Assembly: GCA_965240325.2 (NCBI GenBank)
Contig: OZ251230.1
Location: 744,001-808,000, forward strand
Direction of reading: 5' to 3'
DNA length: 64,000 bases
From: Rebecca billardiae RCC1528
Lineage: Eukaryota > Protista > Haptophyta
Shown here: one piece after another, positions 1 through 11,650 of the stretch
Position numbering within the stretch: position 1 is the stretch's first letter
Layout: each line of letters begins with the position of its first letter
Program-made: the position numbers and the translations under genes
The notes under the pieces: model-generated
Database searches by the model: none
Seen by the model: only the letters and a program-made list of their open reading frames with translations
What the model was told of the DNA's origin: nothing

Positions 1-2
1 TG

Positions 3-833
3 ATGCGCATGAACGCGGCCAAGACGTCCGGCGTGGCCGTGCAGGACGTGGACGCGCCGGTCGACGTTGTGCTCGCGCAGATCAACGACGTGGAGGCGTA
101 CGTGGGCAAGGTGCAGAACTTGGCGTCCACGAAGAACTACGCGAAGAAGACGCGCGGGGACGGCTCGCTCGAGATCCGCAGCACGTACGTGCTCAACATC
201 GCGATGGGCTACAAGCTCGAGTACTTCATCCTGCACACGTACGTGCCCAAGCAACGGTGCGTCACCTGGACGCTCGACTACGCGCGGCACAGCGACCTGC
301 ACGACTCGGTGGGGTACTGGCGCGCAGACCCGCACCCGGACGACCCCGCGCGCACGCGGCTGTTCTACTCGTCCTCCTCGCTGGTGAACGGCATGCCGCA
401 GTTCGTCATGGACCTGCTCACGTCGCACGCGCTCAAGGCGTCCACCGCGTGGGTCAAGAAGCACTCGGAGCTCGCGGCCGGCGGCGGGGGCGCCAAGCCG
501 CGCGCCGCGGCACCGGCGGCGCCCGCCGCCACGCCCGCGGTGCCGTCGGCCGTGCTCTCGTGGCGCTGCGCCTTCGCCCTCGACAACGAGGACGTCACCG
601 ACCCGAGCGTCGTCGACGAATGTCGCGCCAACGGGAGCTCGACCGCGGCGGCAGGCGCGCAGCCGCTGCCCGCAGGGACCGGCTCTGCGACGCCGCGCGC
701 GGCGAGCGGCGCGCAGTCCCTGCCGTTCAGCGCCGATAGCCCCAACTCGTGGCTGACCGTCCTCATGATCAGCTCGATGATCGTGCTGTACGCCACATCG
801 CCCTACCAGCAGTTCCTCGTCGTCGCCTGCTGA
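3..833 (+). CDS. SRPBCC/START-like (polyketide cyclase/Coq10-like) domain protein, probably 5'-partial, with a C-terminal hydrophobic segment
   Basis: Strong GC3 codon bias. The segment YFILHTYVPKQRCVTWTLDYARHSDLHDSVGYWRADPHP..TRLFYS resembles SRPBCC/cyclase proteins. It is followed by an Ala/Pro linker and a hydrophobic tail (WLTVLMISSMIVLY). The ORF starts at the window edge. Confidence 0.6.
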   Translation: MRMNAAKTSGVAVQDVDAPVDVVLAQINDVEAYVGKVQNLASTKNYAKKTRGDGSLEIRSTYVLNIAMGYKLEYFILHTYVPKQRCVTWTLDYARHSDLHDSVGYWRADPHPDDPARTRLFYSSSSLVNGMPQFVMDLLTSHALKASTAWVKKHSELAAGGGGAKPRAAAPAAPAATPAVPSAVLSWRCAFALDNEDVTDPSVVDECRANGSSTAAAGAQPLPAGTGSATPRAASGAQSLPFSADSPNSWLTVLMISSMIVLYATSPYQQFLVVAC

Positions 834-1272
834 AAGGCGCTGCCGCTGGCCAGCTGCCGCCGCCAGGCCGCTTGGGTGCTCGGGCTCGTGCAGCTTGCGC
901 CGTTGCGTGGGTGGTCGATCGCGGGTTGTGCTTCCCACGCGGTGAGTCGAAGCTCCAGCGCGGGGTGTTGGGTTCGTCGCGTGCGCGTGCTCCGCTCAGG
1001 CCAGCGGCAGCGGCATCCGCCGCGCGGCGACGCCGTCCGGCCCAGCATCAATCGGCGGCGTGCGAACTGCGGTGCGACGCAACTACGCTGGCGCCGTGCC
1101 GCGTGTCACGAGTCAGAGCAGTGTGCGACGATCACAGAGTCACTGCGGCATGCAGGCACTCGCCACAGGTACGTATCGTGAGCAGCATTCATTAGCTATA
1201 GATAGGCGTCGTATTTTGCTGCTACTGCTACGATATATGCTCCAGCAGCACGATGTCATCAGCAGCAGCTCG

Positions 1273-2310
1273 TCAGTTGTCGCATTCAGCTGCTCGTGCC
1301 GTCCAGGAGGCAGCGAGCGCGCCACCGTCGGCCATCTTATTGTCCGCGAGAGCCGCCGCCTTGCGCGCCACCTTTGCGGTCGGGCGGAGCTCAAAGGCGG
1401 CCGTGTAATACCGCAGAGCATCGTCGACGCTCGCCTGCGGGGGCTCGCCAAAAAGTGCAGACGCAATTTTGCGCTCGATGAAGCTGATCTTCGCGACCTT
1501 GGCGCACCAATCGCCCAGCGCGTGCTGCACTGACGCGTCGGCTGGCAGCAGCTCAGCCGCGCGCTCCAGTGAACGGCGCACGGTGAAGGAGTTGGCGACC
1601 TTCTCCTTCGTGCTGACGAAATCGCTCAGCTTGCCGAGGAGGATCCCCGCCCACTTGTGCGCGTACCCGCTCGACGCGCCCACGGCGACCGCAGCGTCGG
1701 CGAGCTCGATCCCCGACCGGATCAGCTCCTCGCGCCGCGCCGCGTCATCGGCCGCCTGCTCGGACAGCTCGTAGCGCGCGCGCGCACGCCGCCAGAGGAG
1801 CTCGACGTCGTCAGCCGCGGGTGCAGCGGAGGCCTCCTGCTCGAGTAGTGCGTACAGCGCTTCGTATTCGCCCGCAGCGTGCATCTCGTCCGCGCGCGAG
1901 AAGCGCGCTGGGCTCTCTTCGAGGGGCGGTGCCATCTGCCCACTCGGCCTCTCGAGGCTGGTCGCACTTCTGGCGTCAGGTGAGGCCGAGCCGTCCAGTG
2001 CAGCCCGCGCTGCAGCCTCGCCCGGGGCGGCGGCATCGGGTTTGCGGCGGCGAAAGAGCCGCAGCGGCGAAAGGCGCGAGAGTACCCGACGTACGCGGCC
2101 AGGCGGCGCTGAAGCTCCCTCCTCACGTTCCTCCTCGCAGGACGAATCAACCATCATGGCAACCGACACGACACACGTGCGTGCAGGCGAAGGCGGCAGG
2201 AGCTTGCATCTGGGCGCGAGGGTCGGAGACGAGCCTGGCCAGTGCGTGCGAGGAATGTGGGCACCACCAAAGGGCACGGCGGCGAGCACTAGCACGACGG
2301 CCAACCGCAT
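1273..2310 (-). CDS. Regulator of microtubule dynamics (RMD1/FAM82)-like TPR protein; the only complete copy in the array
   Basis: Motifs ELLWRRARARYEL, AHKWAGILLG, TKEKVANSF, HALGDWC, ISFIERKIASALFGEPP and ALRYY match the RMDN family. The ATG at 2310 gives a signal-peptide-like N-terminus (MRLAVVLVLAAVPFGGA). Confidence 0.8.
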   Translation of the reverse strand: MRLAVVLVLAAVPFGGAHIPRTHWPGSSPTLAPRCKLLPPSPARTCVVSVAMMVDSSCEEEREEGASAPPGRVRRVLSRLSPLRLFRRRKPDAAAPGEAAARAALDGSASPDARSATSLERPSGQMAPPLEESPARFSRADEMHAAGEYEALYALLEQEASAAPAADDVELLWRRARARYELSEQAADDAARREELIRSGIELADAAVAVGASSGYAHKWAGILLGKLSDFVSTKEKVANSFTVRRSLERAAELLPADASVQHALGDWCAKVAKISFIERKIASALFGEPPQASVDDALRYYTAAFELRPTAKVARKAAALADNKMADGGALAASWTARAAECDN

Positions 2311-2458
2311 TACGCGGCCGTCCACGGCCGGGAGGACTCGCGCTCGTCACGAAAAGCTGAGACGAAAATGAAAGGCGCTTCGCATCCGGACCAGCACGCA
2401 CCGGAACTCCGGAAGGCATCGGCCATCGCCGCTCTCGGAGGCCGCCCAGCGCGAGAGC
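2311..2458. promoter_or_regulatory. Short (~150 bp) head-to-head intergenic region, probable bidirectional promoter, repeated in every unit
   Basis: Lies between divergent ATGs at 2310(-) and 2459(+). The motif GACTCGC(G/C)CTCGTCACGAAAAGCTGAGACGAAA recurs, with small indels, at ~11520, 22078, 34411, 45733 and 56208. Confidence 0.5.
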
Positions 2459-5400
2459 ATGGCTGACGGCGTGGACGCGTCCCCGCTCGCGGAGCTCGCC
2501 AAGCTGTGGGGGGAAGGCGGCGTGGCGGCGCTGCTCGGGGCGAGCGAGGTCAGCTTTACTCGCAACGCGGCTGTCTCCCAGGGCGTGCCGTGGCAGGGCG
2601 TGCTCGAGCTGCTCCTCACGTCCACACGCCTCGAGACACTCAACCTCCGGTGTGCGCAGAGCGGTGGGGCGGGCAGGTGGCGGCGCCACGTGGCGCGAGC
2701 AGACGGAGGCTTGTGGGCGCACAATGCCGTGCATGTGGCTTGTCCATCGGCACGTGTCAGCGCCGCTCCGGGCGCCGCGCCGCCGCCGCCGCGTACGCCG
2801 CACGCGGTGCTCACAGCGGCACGTGAGCGCGAGCACACAGGCGGTGCACGCGCACCGATGCGTGCGCGCGTGACGGGGTCGCGGGCGCTCGAGGCGCGCG
2901 CATGCATGCTGCATCGCGTACGCCATCGCACATGCCGCTCAGTCGCGCCCCGCCCCGCGCCCTCCCCTGCGCGCAGTGCCACCGACGTGGGTGACGAGGG
3001 TGCCACGCAGCTCGGCGCCGCCCTCGCGTCGGGCAAGACGCGCCTGCGGGTGCTGGGCCTCGAGTGAGCGCTGGGGTGGGCACTCGGCGCGGCGCGCGGC
3101 GCGCGGACGGTGGGTGGCGGGGGAGGAGGGTGGGTGGCTTGCGTTGTCGTGGGCATCGATGCGCGCGAGCCCGGGCTGCCGCGCGCGCGCCGCGCCGAGC
3201 GCCGCGCCGCCGCGGCCGCGCGCGCCGCACGCTGCGGCGGCGGCGCGCACACGCGAGCGCGCGCGCGTCGGCGCACGCGCGCCGATGCGTGCGCGCGTGA
3301 CGGGGGCGCGGAAGCTTGCGGCGCGCGTATGCATGCTGCATCACGTGCGCCATCGCACACGCCGCTCAGCCGCGCCCCGCCCCGCGCCCTCCCCTGCGTG
3401 CAGTAACACCGGCGTGGGTGACGAGGGTGCCACGCAGCTCGGCGCCGCCCTCGCGTCGGGCAAGACGCGCCTGCGGGTGCTGGACCTCGGGTGAGCGCTG
3501 GGGTGGGCACTCGGCGCGGCGCGCGGCGCGTGGACGGTGGGCGGCGGGGGAGGAGGGTGGGTGGCGCGCATCGTCACGGGCATCGATGCACGCGAGGCCG
3601 GGCTACCGCGCGCGCGCCGCGCCGAGCGCGGCGCCGCCACCACCGCGCGCGCCACACGCGGCGGCGGCGGCGGCGCGCACACGCGAGCGCGCGCGCATCG
3701 GCACACGCGCGCCGATGCGTGCGCGCGTGACGGGGGCGCGGGCGCTCTAGGCTAGGCGCGCGCATGCATGATGCATCGCGTGCGCCGTCGCACGCGCTGC
3801 TCAGCCGCGCCCCGCCGCGCGCCCTCCCCTGCGCGCAGTCACACCGGCGTGGGTGACGAGGGTGCCACGCAGCTCGGCGCCGCCCTCGCGTCGGGCAAGA
3901 CGCGCCTGCGGGTGCTGAACCTCAGGTGAGCGCTGGGGTGGGCACTCGGCGCGGCGCGCGGCGCGTGGACGGTGGGTGGCGAAGGAGGATGCTGGGTGGC
4001 GTGCATTGTCACGGGCATCGATGCGCACGAGCCCGAGCTGCCGCGCGCGCCCCGCGCCGAGCGCCGTGCCCCCGCCGCCGCGCGCGCCGCACGCGGCGGC
4101 GGCGGCGGCGCGCACACGCGAGCGCGCGCGCATCGGCGCACGCGCGCCGATGCGTGCGCGCGTGACGGGGGCGCGGGAGCTTGCGGCGCGCATGCGTGCT
4201 GCATCGCGTGTGCTATCGCACACGCCGCTCAGCCGCGCCCCGCCCCGCGCCCTCCCCTGCGCGCAGTGAGACCGGCGTGGGTGACGAGGGTGCCACGCAG
4301 CTCGGCGCCGCCCTCGCGTCGGGCAAGACGCGCCTGCGGAAGCTGTACCTCAGGTGAGCGCTGGGGTGGGCACTCGGCGCGGCGCGCGGCGCGTGGACGG
4401 TGGGTGGCGGGGGAGGATGCTGGGTGGCGTGCATTGTCACGGGCATCGATGCGCACGAGCCCGGGCTGCCGCGCGCGCCCCGCGCCGAGCGCCGTGCTGC
4501 CGCCGCCGCGCGCGCCGCACGCAGCGGCGGCGGCGCACACACGCGAGCGCGCGCGCATAGGCGCACGCGCGCCGATGCGTGCGCGCGTGACGGGGGCGCG
4601 GGAGCTTGCGGCGCGCATGCGTGCTGCATCGCGTGTGCTATCGCACACGCCGCTCAGCCGCGCCCCGCCCCGCGCCCTCCCCTGCGCGCAGTCACACCGG
4701 CGTGGGTGACGAGGGTGCCACGCAGCTCGGCGCCGCCCTCGCGTCGGGCAAGACGCGCCTGCGGGTGCTGTACCTCTAGTGAGCGCTGGGGTGGGCACTC
4801 GGCGCGGCGCGCGGCGCGTGGACGGTGGGTGGCGGGGGAGGATGCTGGGTGGCGTGCATTGTCACGGGCATCGATGCGCACGAGCCCGGGCTGCCGCGCG
4901 CGCCCCGCGCCGAGCGCCGTGCTGCCGCCGCCGCGCGCGCCGCACGCAGCGGCGGCGGCGCACACACGCGAGCGCGCGCGCATAGGCGCACGCGCGCCGA
5001 TGCGTGCGCGCGTGACGGGGGCGCGGGAGCTTGCGGCGCGCATGCGTGCTGCATCGCGTGTGCTATCGCACACGCCGCTCAGCCGCGCCCCGCCCCGCGC
5101 CCTCCCCTGCGCGCAGTGAGACCGGCGTGGGTGACGAGGGTGCCACGCAGCTCGGCGCCGCCCTCGCGTCGGGCAAGACGCGCCTGCGGGAGCTGTACCT
5201 CTAGTGAGCGCTGGGGTGGGAACTCGGCGCGGCGCGCGGCGCGTGGAATGTGGGCGGCGGGGGAGGAGGGTGGGTGGCTTGCGTTGTCGTGGGCATCGAT
5301 GCGCGCGAGCGCGGGCTGCCGCGCGCGCGCCGCGCCGAGCGCCACGCCGCCGCCACCGCGCGCGCCGCACGCTGCGGCGGCGGCGGCGCGCACACGCGAG

Positions 5401-8400
5401 CGCGCGCGCATCGGCACACGCGCGCTGATGCGTGCGCGCGTGACGGGGGGCGCGGGAGCTTGCGGCGCGCGCATGGATGCTACGTCGCGTGCGCCATCGC
5501 ACACGCCGCTCAGCCGCGCTCCGCCCCGCGCCCTCCCCTGCGCGCAGTTTCTGCCGCGGCGTGGGTGACGAGGGTGCCACGCAGCTCGGCGCCGCCCTCG
5601 CGTCGGGCAAGACGCGCCTGCGGGAGCTGCACCTCGGGTGAGCGCTGGGGTGGGCACTCGGCGCGGCGCGCGGCGCGTGGACGGTGGGCGGCGGGGGAGG
5701 AGGGTGGGTGGCGTGCATGGTCACGGGCATCGATGCGCGCGAGCCCGGGCTACCGCGCGCGCGCCGCGCCGAGCGCCGCGCCGCCGCCGCCGCGCGCGCC
5801 GCACGCGGCGGCAGCGGCTGCGCGCACACGCGAGCGCGCGCGCATCGCCACACGCGCGCCGATGCGTGCGCGCGTGACGGGGGCGCGGGAGCTTGCGGCG
5901 CGCACGTGTGCATGCTGCATCACGTGCCGCGGCGCGCACGTTTGCATGCTGCATGACGTGCGCCATGGCACACGCCGCTCAGCCGCGCCCCGCCCCGCGC
6001 CCTCCCCTGCGCGCAGTCACACCAGCGTGGGTGACGAGGGTGCCACGCAGCTCGGCGCCGCCCTCGCGTCGGGCAAGACGCGCCTGCGGGTGCTGGACCT
6101 CCGGTGAGCGCTGGGGTGGGCACTCGGCGCGGCGCGCGGCGCGTGGACTGTGGGCGGCGAGGGAGGAGGGTGGGTGGTGCACATCGTCACGGGCATCGAT
6201 GCGCTCGAGCCCGGGCCGCCGCCGCGCGCGCCGCGCCGAGCGCCGCGCCGCCGCCGCCGCGCGCGCCGCACGCTGCGGCAGCGGCGCGCACACGCGAGCG
6301 CGCGCGCATCGGCACATGCGCGCCGATGCGTGCGCGCGTGACGTGGGCGCGGAAGCTTGCGGCGCGCGCGTGCATGCTGCATCGCGTGCGCCATCGCACA
6401 CGCCGCTCAGTCGCGCCCCGCCCCACGCCCTCCCCTGCGCGCAGTGGCACCCCCGCGTCTAACAAGGTCAAGGCACGCGTTGATGAGGCCGTTAACAAGG
6501 CGCGGCTGCAGCAGGAGCCACCCAGGTGAAAGGGGTGGGGGGGATCCCACAACGCGCCACGCCCGTGCATGCGCGGGGCGCGCGGGAAAGGGGGCAGCGG
6601 GTTGCGGTGATTGGCCGCGCTATGCGCGGCGCACCCCGGTTCTGCCACCGCACGCCCCTGGCACGCACTTCGCCACCGCTCACGTGCGCGCCTCGCCCAC
6701 CGCCTGCCTGCGTGTGCAGTGATGACTCTGCTGATGACTCTGCTGACGACTCGGCCTCTGGCGACGAGGCGGGGGCGGAGGCAGCGGAGGAGGCGCAGGC
6801 CGCGCTCGGGGCGCTCGCGGAGCGGCGGCGCGCTGCGGACGCCGCGCGCGCCGCGCTCGGCGCCGAGCAGGCGGCCATCCGCGCCGCCCTCGGCCGCGGC
6901 GGCGTGGACGAGGCGCGGCTGGCGCGGCGCGACGCGCGCCGTGCCGAGCTGGGCGCCGCGCTCGACGCGCTCGGCGCGTGCGCGCTCGACGCGCACGCGG
7001 ACTCGCAGCAGCGCGCGGCGGCGCTGCGTCGCGAGGCGCGCGCGTTGCGCGCGGCGCTCGAGCGCGCGGGCACGCCAGAGCAGCCGCGCGCGCCGGCCGG
7101 CGACGGGTCCGCTCCGGCGCCCCTGCCGCCGTCTCGCGCGCTCGAGCGCGCGGTGGGCGCGGCGGTGCGCGCGCACGACGCCGCAGCGCAGCCCTCCGCC
7201 GCGGGCAGTGGCGGCGCGGCGCTCGCTGCCGCGTGGGCGGAGGTGGCGCGCCAGGCCATCGCCCTCGCGGCGCGCGGCGCGTACGCCGACGCGGACGACG
7301 GCGCGTGCGCCTCGGCGTGGGCGCTCGCCATGCCCGGCCTGTGCGACGCGGCGCGCGCTGCCGCCACAGGCGGCGGTGGCCTGACCGACGCGGCGCGTGC
7401 GCGCGCGGCCGCGTGCGACGAGCTCGCCGCAGTGGCCGAGCGCGCGCGCACGATCGCGCGCGAGGCGGAGGCGGAGGCGCGCGAGCTCCGCGCGCTGCCG
7501 TCCGCCGAGCGCGCGCACGGCGCGCACGAGCTGCGCGAGCGCGAGGAGGCGTGCAGGGCGGCGGCGCGCGCACTGCGCTACGCCCGCCTCGCTCTTGAAG
7601 ATGCGCAGGACGACGGCGGCGACGTGGACGGCGCACAGCGCGCGCTCGTCGACGCGCAGCGGCGCGCGCAGCGCACGCAGCGCGCGCGCGAGCGCTCGCT
7701 CGACCGCCTGTACGAGCTGGCGGGCGGGCCGTTCCCCGAGCTGCCCGCCATGCTGCCCGAGGCGTTCGACGGCGCGGGCGCGCTGCCCGCGGGCGCGCGG
7801 CCCGCGTGGCTGCACGGCCGCACGCTCGCGCAGTACGAGCCGTGCGAGTGGCCCGACGGCGCGGCGCCCGGCCGCGCGCGGCACGAGGTGCTGCTGCGCG
7901 CGTTCGCGGGCGAGCGCGTCGTGCTCAAGGTGTACCCGCTGGCGAGCGACACGGAGCGCCGGCGGCTCGGGCGCGAGGTGGAGTTTGCGCGGGCGCACGC
8001 GCACCCACACCTCGCGCGCGTGGCGGGCGTCTTTGTCGACGAGCCGCGCGGCGCGCGCTGCGCGCTCGTGCAGACGCCGCTCTACTCGGGCGGCACGCTG
8101 CGCGGCTGGCTCGAGCGCGACGAGGCGGTGATGGCCTTGCCGCCCGAGGCGGTGCGCGGCGGCGCGGCGGGCGCGCGAATGCTCGAGCCGGCGCACGCGC
8201 GCGTCGCGCCCGTGCGCGTGCGCGCGCTGCGGCAGCTGCTGGGCGCGCTCGCGCACCTGCACGCGCGCGGCGCGGTGCACGGCGACGTGAAGCTCGAGAA
8301 CGCGTTCGTGCAGCTGCCGGGCGACGACGCGGCCGAGCGGCCGCTCGGCGCGGCCGAGCCGTTCCGCGTGCTGCTCGGCGACTTTGACCTGGCGCGCGTG

Positions 8401-9567
8401 GAGGAGGCGCTGCAGCACGCGGCTGGCGGCGGCGTGCCGAGCGCGACGACGCGCGCGGGCGCGGGCACCGAGGGCCACATGGCGCCCGAGCTGCTCGTGC
8501 CGGGCGCGCGCGCGAGCGCGGCGTCGGACGTGTTCGCGTTCGGCGTGTGCGTGCTGCGCGCGCTCGCGGCCGACGAGCCGACGCGCGCCGCGCTCGTGGG
8601 CTCGCTCGAGGGCGCGCGCGCCGCGGCGGCTGCGCTGGGCGAGCCGCTCGTCGTGGCCGCGCTGGCGGACGCGCCGGGCGCGCGGCCGAGCGCGGCGCAG
8701 CTCGAGGGCGCGGCGCTGTGGGCGGCGAGCGACGAGGCGCTGCGCGCGGCCGAGGCCGAGCGCGAGGCGGCGGCCGCGAGCGCGCGCGCCGCGCTGCGCA
8801 CGTGCGCGGTGTGCTTGGACGAGGAGGTGCCGCCGGACGAGTGCGCCGAGTGCGCGGGCGGCGGGCACGCGGTGTGCTCGCTCTGCCTCTCCATGCACGT
8901 GCAGGTGTGCGCGCAGCCCGACGGCGGCGGCGGCGCGACGCTCGACGCGGACGGGCGCGTGCCGTGCGTCGAGGTGGGCAGCGGCTGCGCGCACGCGTAC
9001 CTGGACGGCGAGCTCGCGCGCCGCACGACCGCCGCGGCGTTCGGCGCGTACTGGCGCGCGCGCGAGCAGCACGCCGAGGCGCGCGGCGAGGAGCGCGCGG
9101 CCGAGCGCGCGCGCGCCGAGGCCGAGCGCCTCGCGGCGCTCAGCGCGGCCGAGCGCGTGCGCGAGCAGCGGCGCGCGCACATCATCGATCATATCCTCAC
9201 GCTCAAGTGCCCGCGCTGCGGCATGGCGTTTGCCGAGTGGCTCGACGGCGCGCGCGGCTTCGACGGCTGCTGCGCGCTGCGCTGCGCGCGCGATCGGTGC
9301 GGCTGCCACTTCTGCGCGTACTGCCTCGCCGACTGCGGCGCCGACGCGCACCCGCACGTGCGCGGCTGCGAGCACGGCAACGGCACGTACTTTGCGCAGC
9401 GCGGCGAGTTTGAGGCGGCGCAGCGCGCGCGGCGCGAGCGCGCGCTGCGCAGCTACCTCGCCGCCGAGGCGGGCGCGGACGACGCGGCGCGCCGAGCGAT
9501 CGTCGCGTCCGTCGAGCGCGAGCTGCGCGACCTCCGCATCGACCCAGACGCACTCGCGCGCGAGTGA
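2459..9567 (+). CDS. LRR - coiled coil - protein kinase - RING/RBR-like protein, copy 1 (8 LRR exons)
   Basis: Predicted exons, all GT-AG and phase 2: 2459-2649; LRR exons 2977-3063, 3404-3490, 3839-3925, 4267-4353, 4692-4778, 5117-5203, 5548-5637, 6017-6103; cap 6445-6525; terminal exon 6720-9567. The terminal exon has VVLK, HGDVKLEN, DFD, GTEGHMAPE, SDVFAFG, a C3HC4 RING and CPRC..GCCALRC..FCAYC. The frame stays open after splicing. Confidence 0.85.
2650..6444 (+). repeat. Tandem ~430-bp intron + LRR-exon cassettes, array 1
   Basis: Repeated unit GTGAGCGCTGGGGTGGG...GCTCAGCCGCGCCCCGCCCCGCGCCCTCCCCTGCGCGCAG followed by an 87-nt exon encoding xTxVGDEGATQLGAALASGKTRLRxLxLx. Confidence 0.95.
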
Positions 9568-9806
9568 CCGATGGGCCCCTGGGGCGTCGGCTGCGCGCAG
9601 TCAGGCGCTGGCGAGGACTAGGGCACGAGCTGAGCGCGATGATGCTCGGCGGGGGCCACGTGCGCGGATGCACCGCCACGCTGAACACGCTGGTGCCGAA
9701 TCGCACGTGGCGGCTGGGGGCGCTCACCCAGCTCCGCGCCGTCGAGAGCTCCGAGCCGGAGCTACGCCGGCCGCTGAGGGGCGTCGGGGAGAGGGATGAG
9801 ACGGAG

Positions 9807-11474
9807 GCGCGTGCTGCACTGACGCGTCGGCTGGCAGCAGCTCAGCCGCGCGCTCCAGTGAATGGCGCACGGTGAAGGAGTTGGCGACCTTCTCCTTCGT
9901 GCTGACGAAATCGCACAGCTTGCCGAGGAGGATCCCCGCCCACTTGTGCGCGTACCCGCTCGACGCGTCCACGGCGACGGCGGCGTCGGCGAGCTCGATC
10001 CCCGATCGGATCAGCTCCTCGCGCCGCGCCGCGTCATCGGCCGCCTGCTCGGACAGCTCGTAGCGCGCGCGCGCACGCCGCCAGCGGCTATGAGCTTATC
10101 AGTACTATATAAGTACTCGTCTTATAAGTACCTCGTAATACTGATAAGCGCTGTCGTCCACGGCGCGATCGCTCGCGGCGAGCCCTTGTGTTCGGGCGTC
10201 GAGCGGCCTTGACGCTGGGGCGTGCAGGGACGGGCGTGGGCACCATCCGGCGCCATCATTGCCGGCCGAGGGCGGTTTTTGGCGCGCTGCTCAGAAGCGG
10301 TACAGTTTAAGGCGTGATTTACGCCATCCAACACTGCACAAAGACACCGCCACAAAACAGACCGGCGCAGACAGGTGAGGGGCGCGTTGCCGCACCTCAT
10401 CGAGGTGGCCATTGCAGCAAGCGGCCGCCCCGCGCTCGGAGGCACGCGCTCGAGAGCGCGCTCTGACACCACACAGTACTGTGACAGCAGCCGGATTTCA
10501 GCATGGCGGTCGCCTCGGCTGGCGGAGCTGTCGCCCACGATGGCGTGCACGAGTCAAAACACTAGCGGATTTCGCGGCATGGTGCTGTGAGCCAGCCCTG
10601 CCGAAGGTAGGAGCCGCCCTGTGAACGCGCAGAGCCGTCGTCAGCGACCCCGTTGTGAGCGTGTGCACGCGTGCATTGCACCCGCGGCGACCGTACTTAT
10701 GATGGACGTTATCAGTATAAGTTATCAGTACGCGTACGCGTGTGCGCGCGCGCGCGCGCGACGCCACCACACTGTGACACTCACTCACAGGACCACACCG
10801 GGTGACGTCGGGTTGGGAAGAGGTCCATGCCCTTCCTGGGTCCATTTGCGACGACGCAAGCGTTCGTAGCTTCATTCATGTGATCATCATTCTAGCGCGT
10901 CTGCAGGAGTAAACGCTATCAGTACCGCGTACTGATTGTACTGATAAGGAGCTCATCATGGTCGCCAGAGGAGCTCGACGTCGTCAGCCGCGGGTGCAGC
11001 GGAGGCCTCCTGCTCGAGCAGTGCGTACAGCGCTTCGTATTCGCCCGCGGCGTGCATCTCGTCCGCGCGCGAGAAGCGCGCTGGGCTCTCTTCGAGCGGC
11101 GGTGCCATCTGCCCACTCGGCCTCTCGAGGCTGGTCGCACTCCCGGCGTCAGGTGAGGCCGAGCCGTCCAGTGCAGCCCGCTCTGCAGCCTCGCCCGGGG
11201 CGGCGGCATCGGGTTTGCGGCGGCGATAGAGCCGCAGCGGGGAAAGGCGCGAGAGAACCCGACGTACGCGGCCAGGCCGCGCTGAAGCTTCCTCCTCACG
11301 TTCCTCCTCGCAGGACGAATCAACCATCATGGCAACACACGTGCGTGCAGGCGAAGGCGGTAGGAGCTTGCATCTGGGCGCGAGGGTCGGAGATGAGCCT
11401 GGCCAGTGCGTGCGAGGAATGTGGGCACCACCAAAGGGCACGGCGGCGAGCACTAGCACGACGGCCAACCGCAT
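9807..11474 (-). pseudogene. RMD1-like copy 2, 3'-truncated and interrupted by a MITE
   Basis: Near-identical to 1518-2310, lacks the 3' end of the gene and is split by the insertion at 10085-10962. Confidence 0.8.
10085..10962. mobile_element. Non-autonomous DNA transposon (MITE-like), 878 bp
   Basis: Absent from the other RMD1 copies. Flanked by direct repeat CGCCAG (10079-10084 and 10963-10968). Imperfect inverted ends ATGAGC..TTATCAGTAC, with the TATCAGTA motif repeated internally. Confidence 0.7.
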
Positions 11475-11650
11475 TACGCGGCCGTCCACGGCCGCGGGAG
11501 ATTGGGCAGCCATCAAGACGACTCGCCCTCGTCACGAAAAGCTGAGACGAAAATCGAAAGGAGCGGGGAGCCTCGCATCCGGACAAGCACGCACCGGACT
11601 CCGGAAGGCATCGGCCATCGCCGCTCTCGGAGGCCGCCCAGCACGAGAGC

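Noticed and set aside
6526-6719. ORF-track N-terminal extensions of the kinase ORFs (also at 13949, 29530, 41425, 51880)
   Set aside because: These are intron read-through: donor after CCACCCAG|GT, GCTCAC branch-like site, and acceptor GCAG just before the DDSA repeat.
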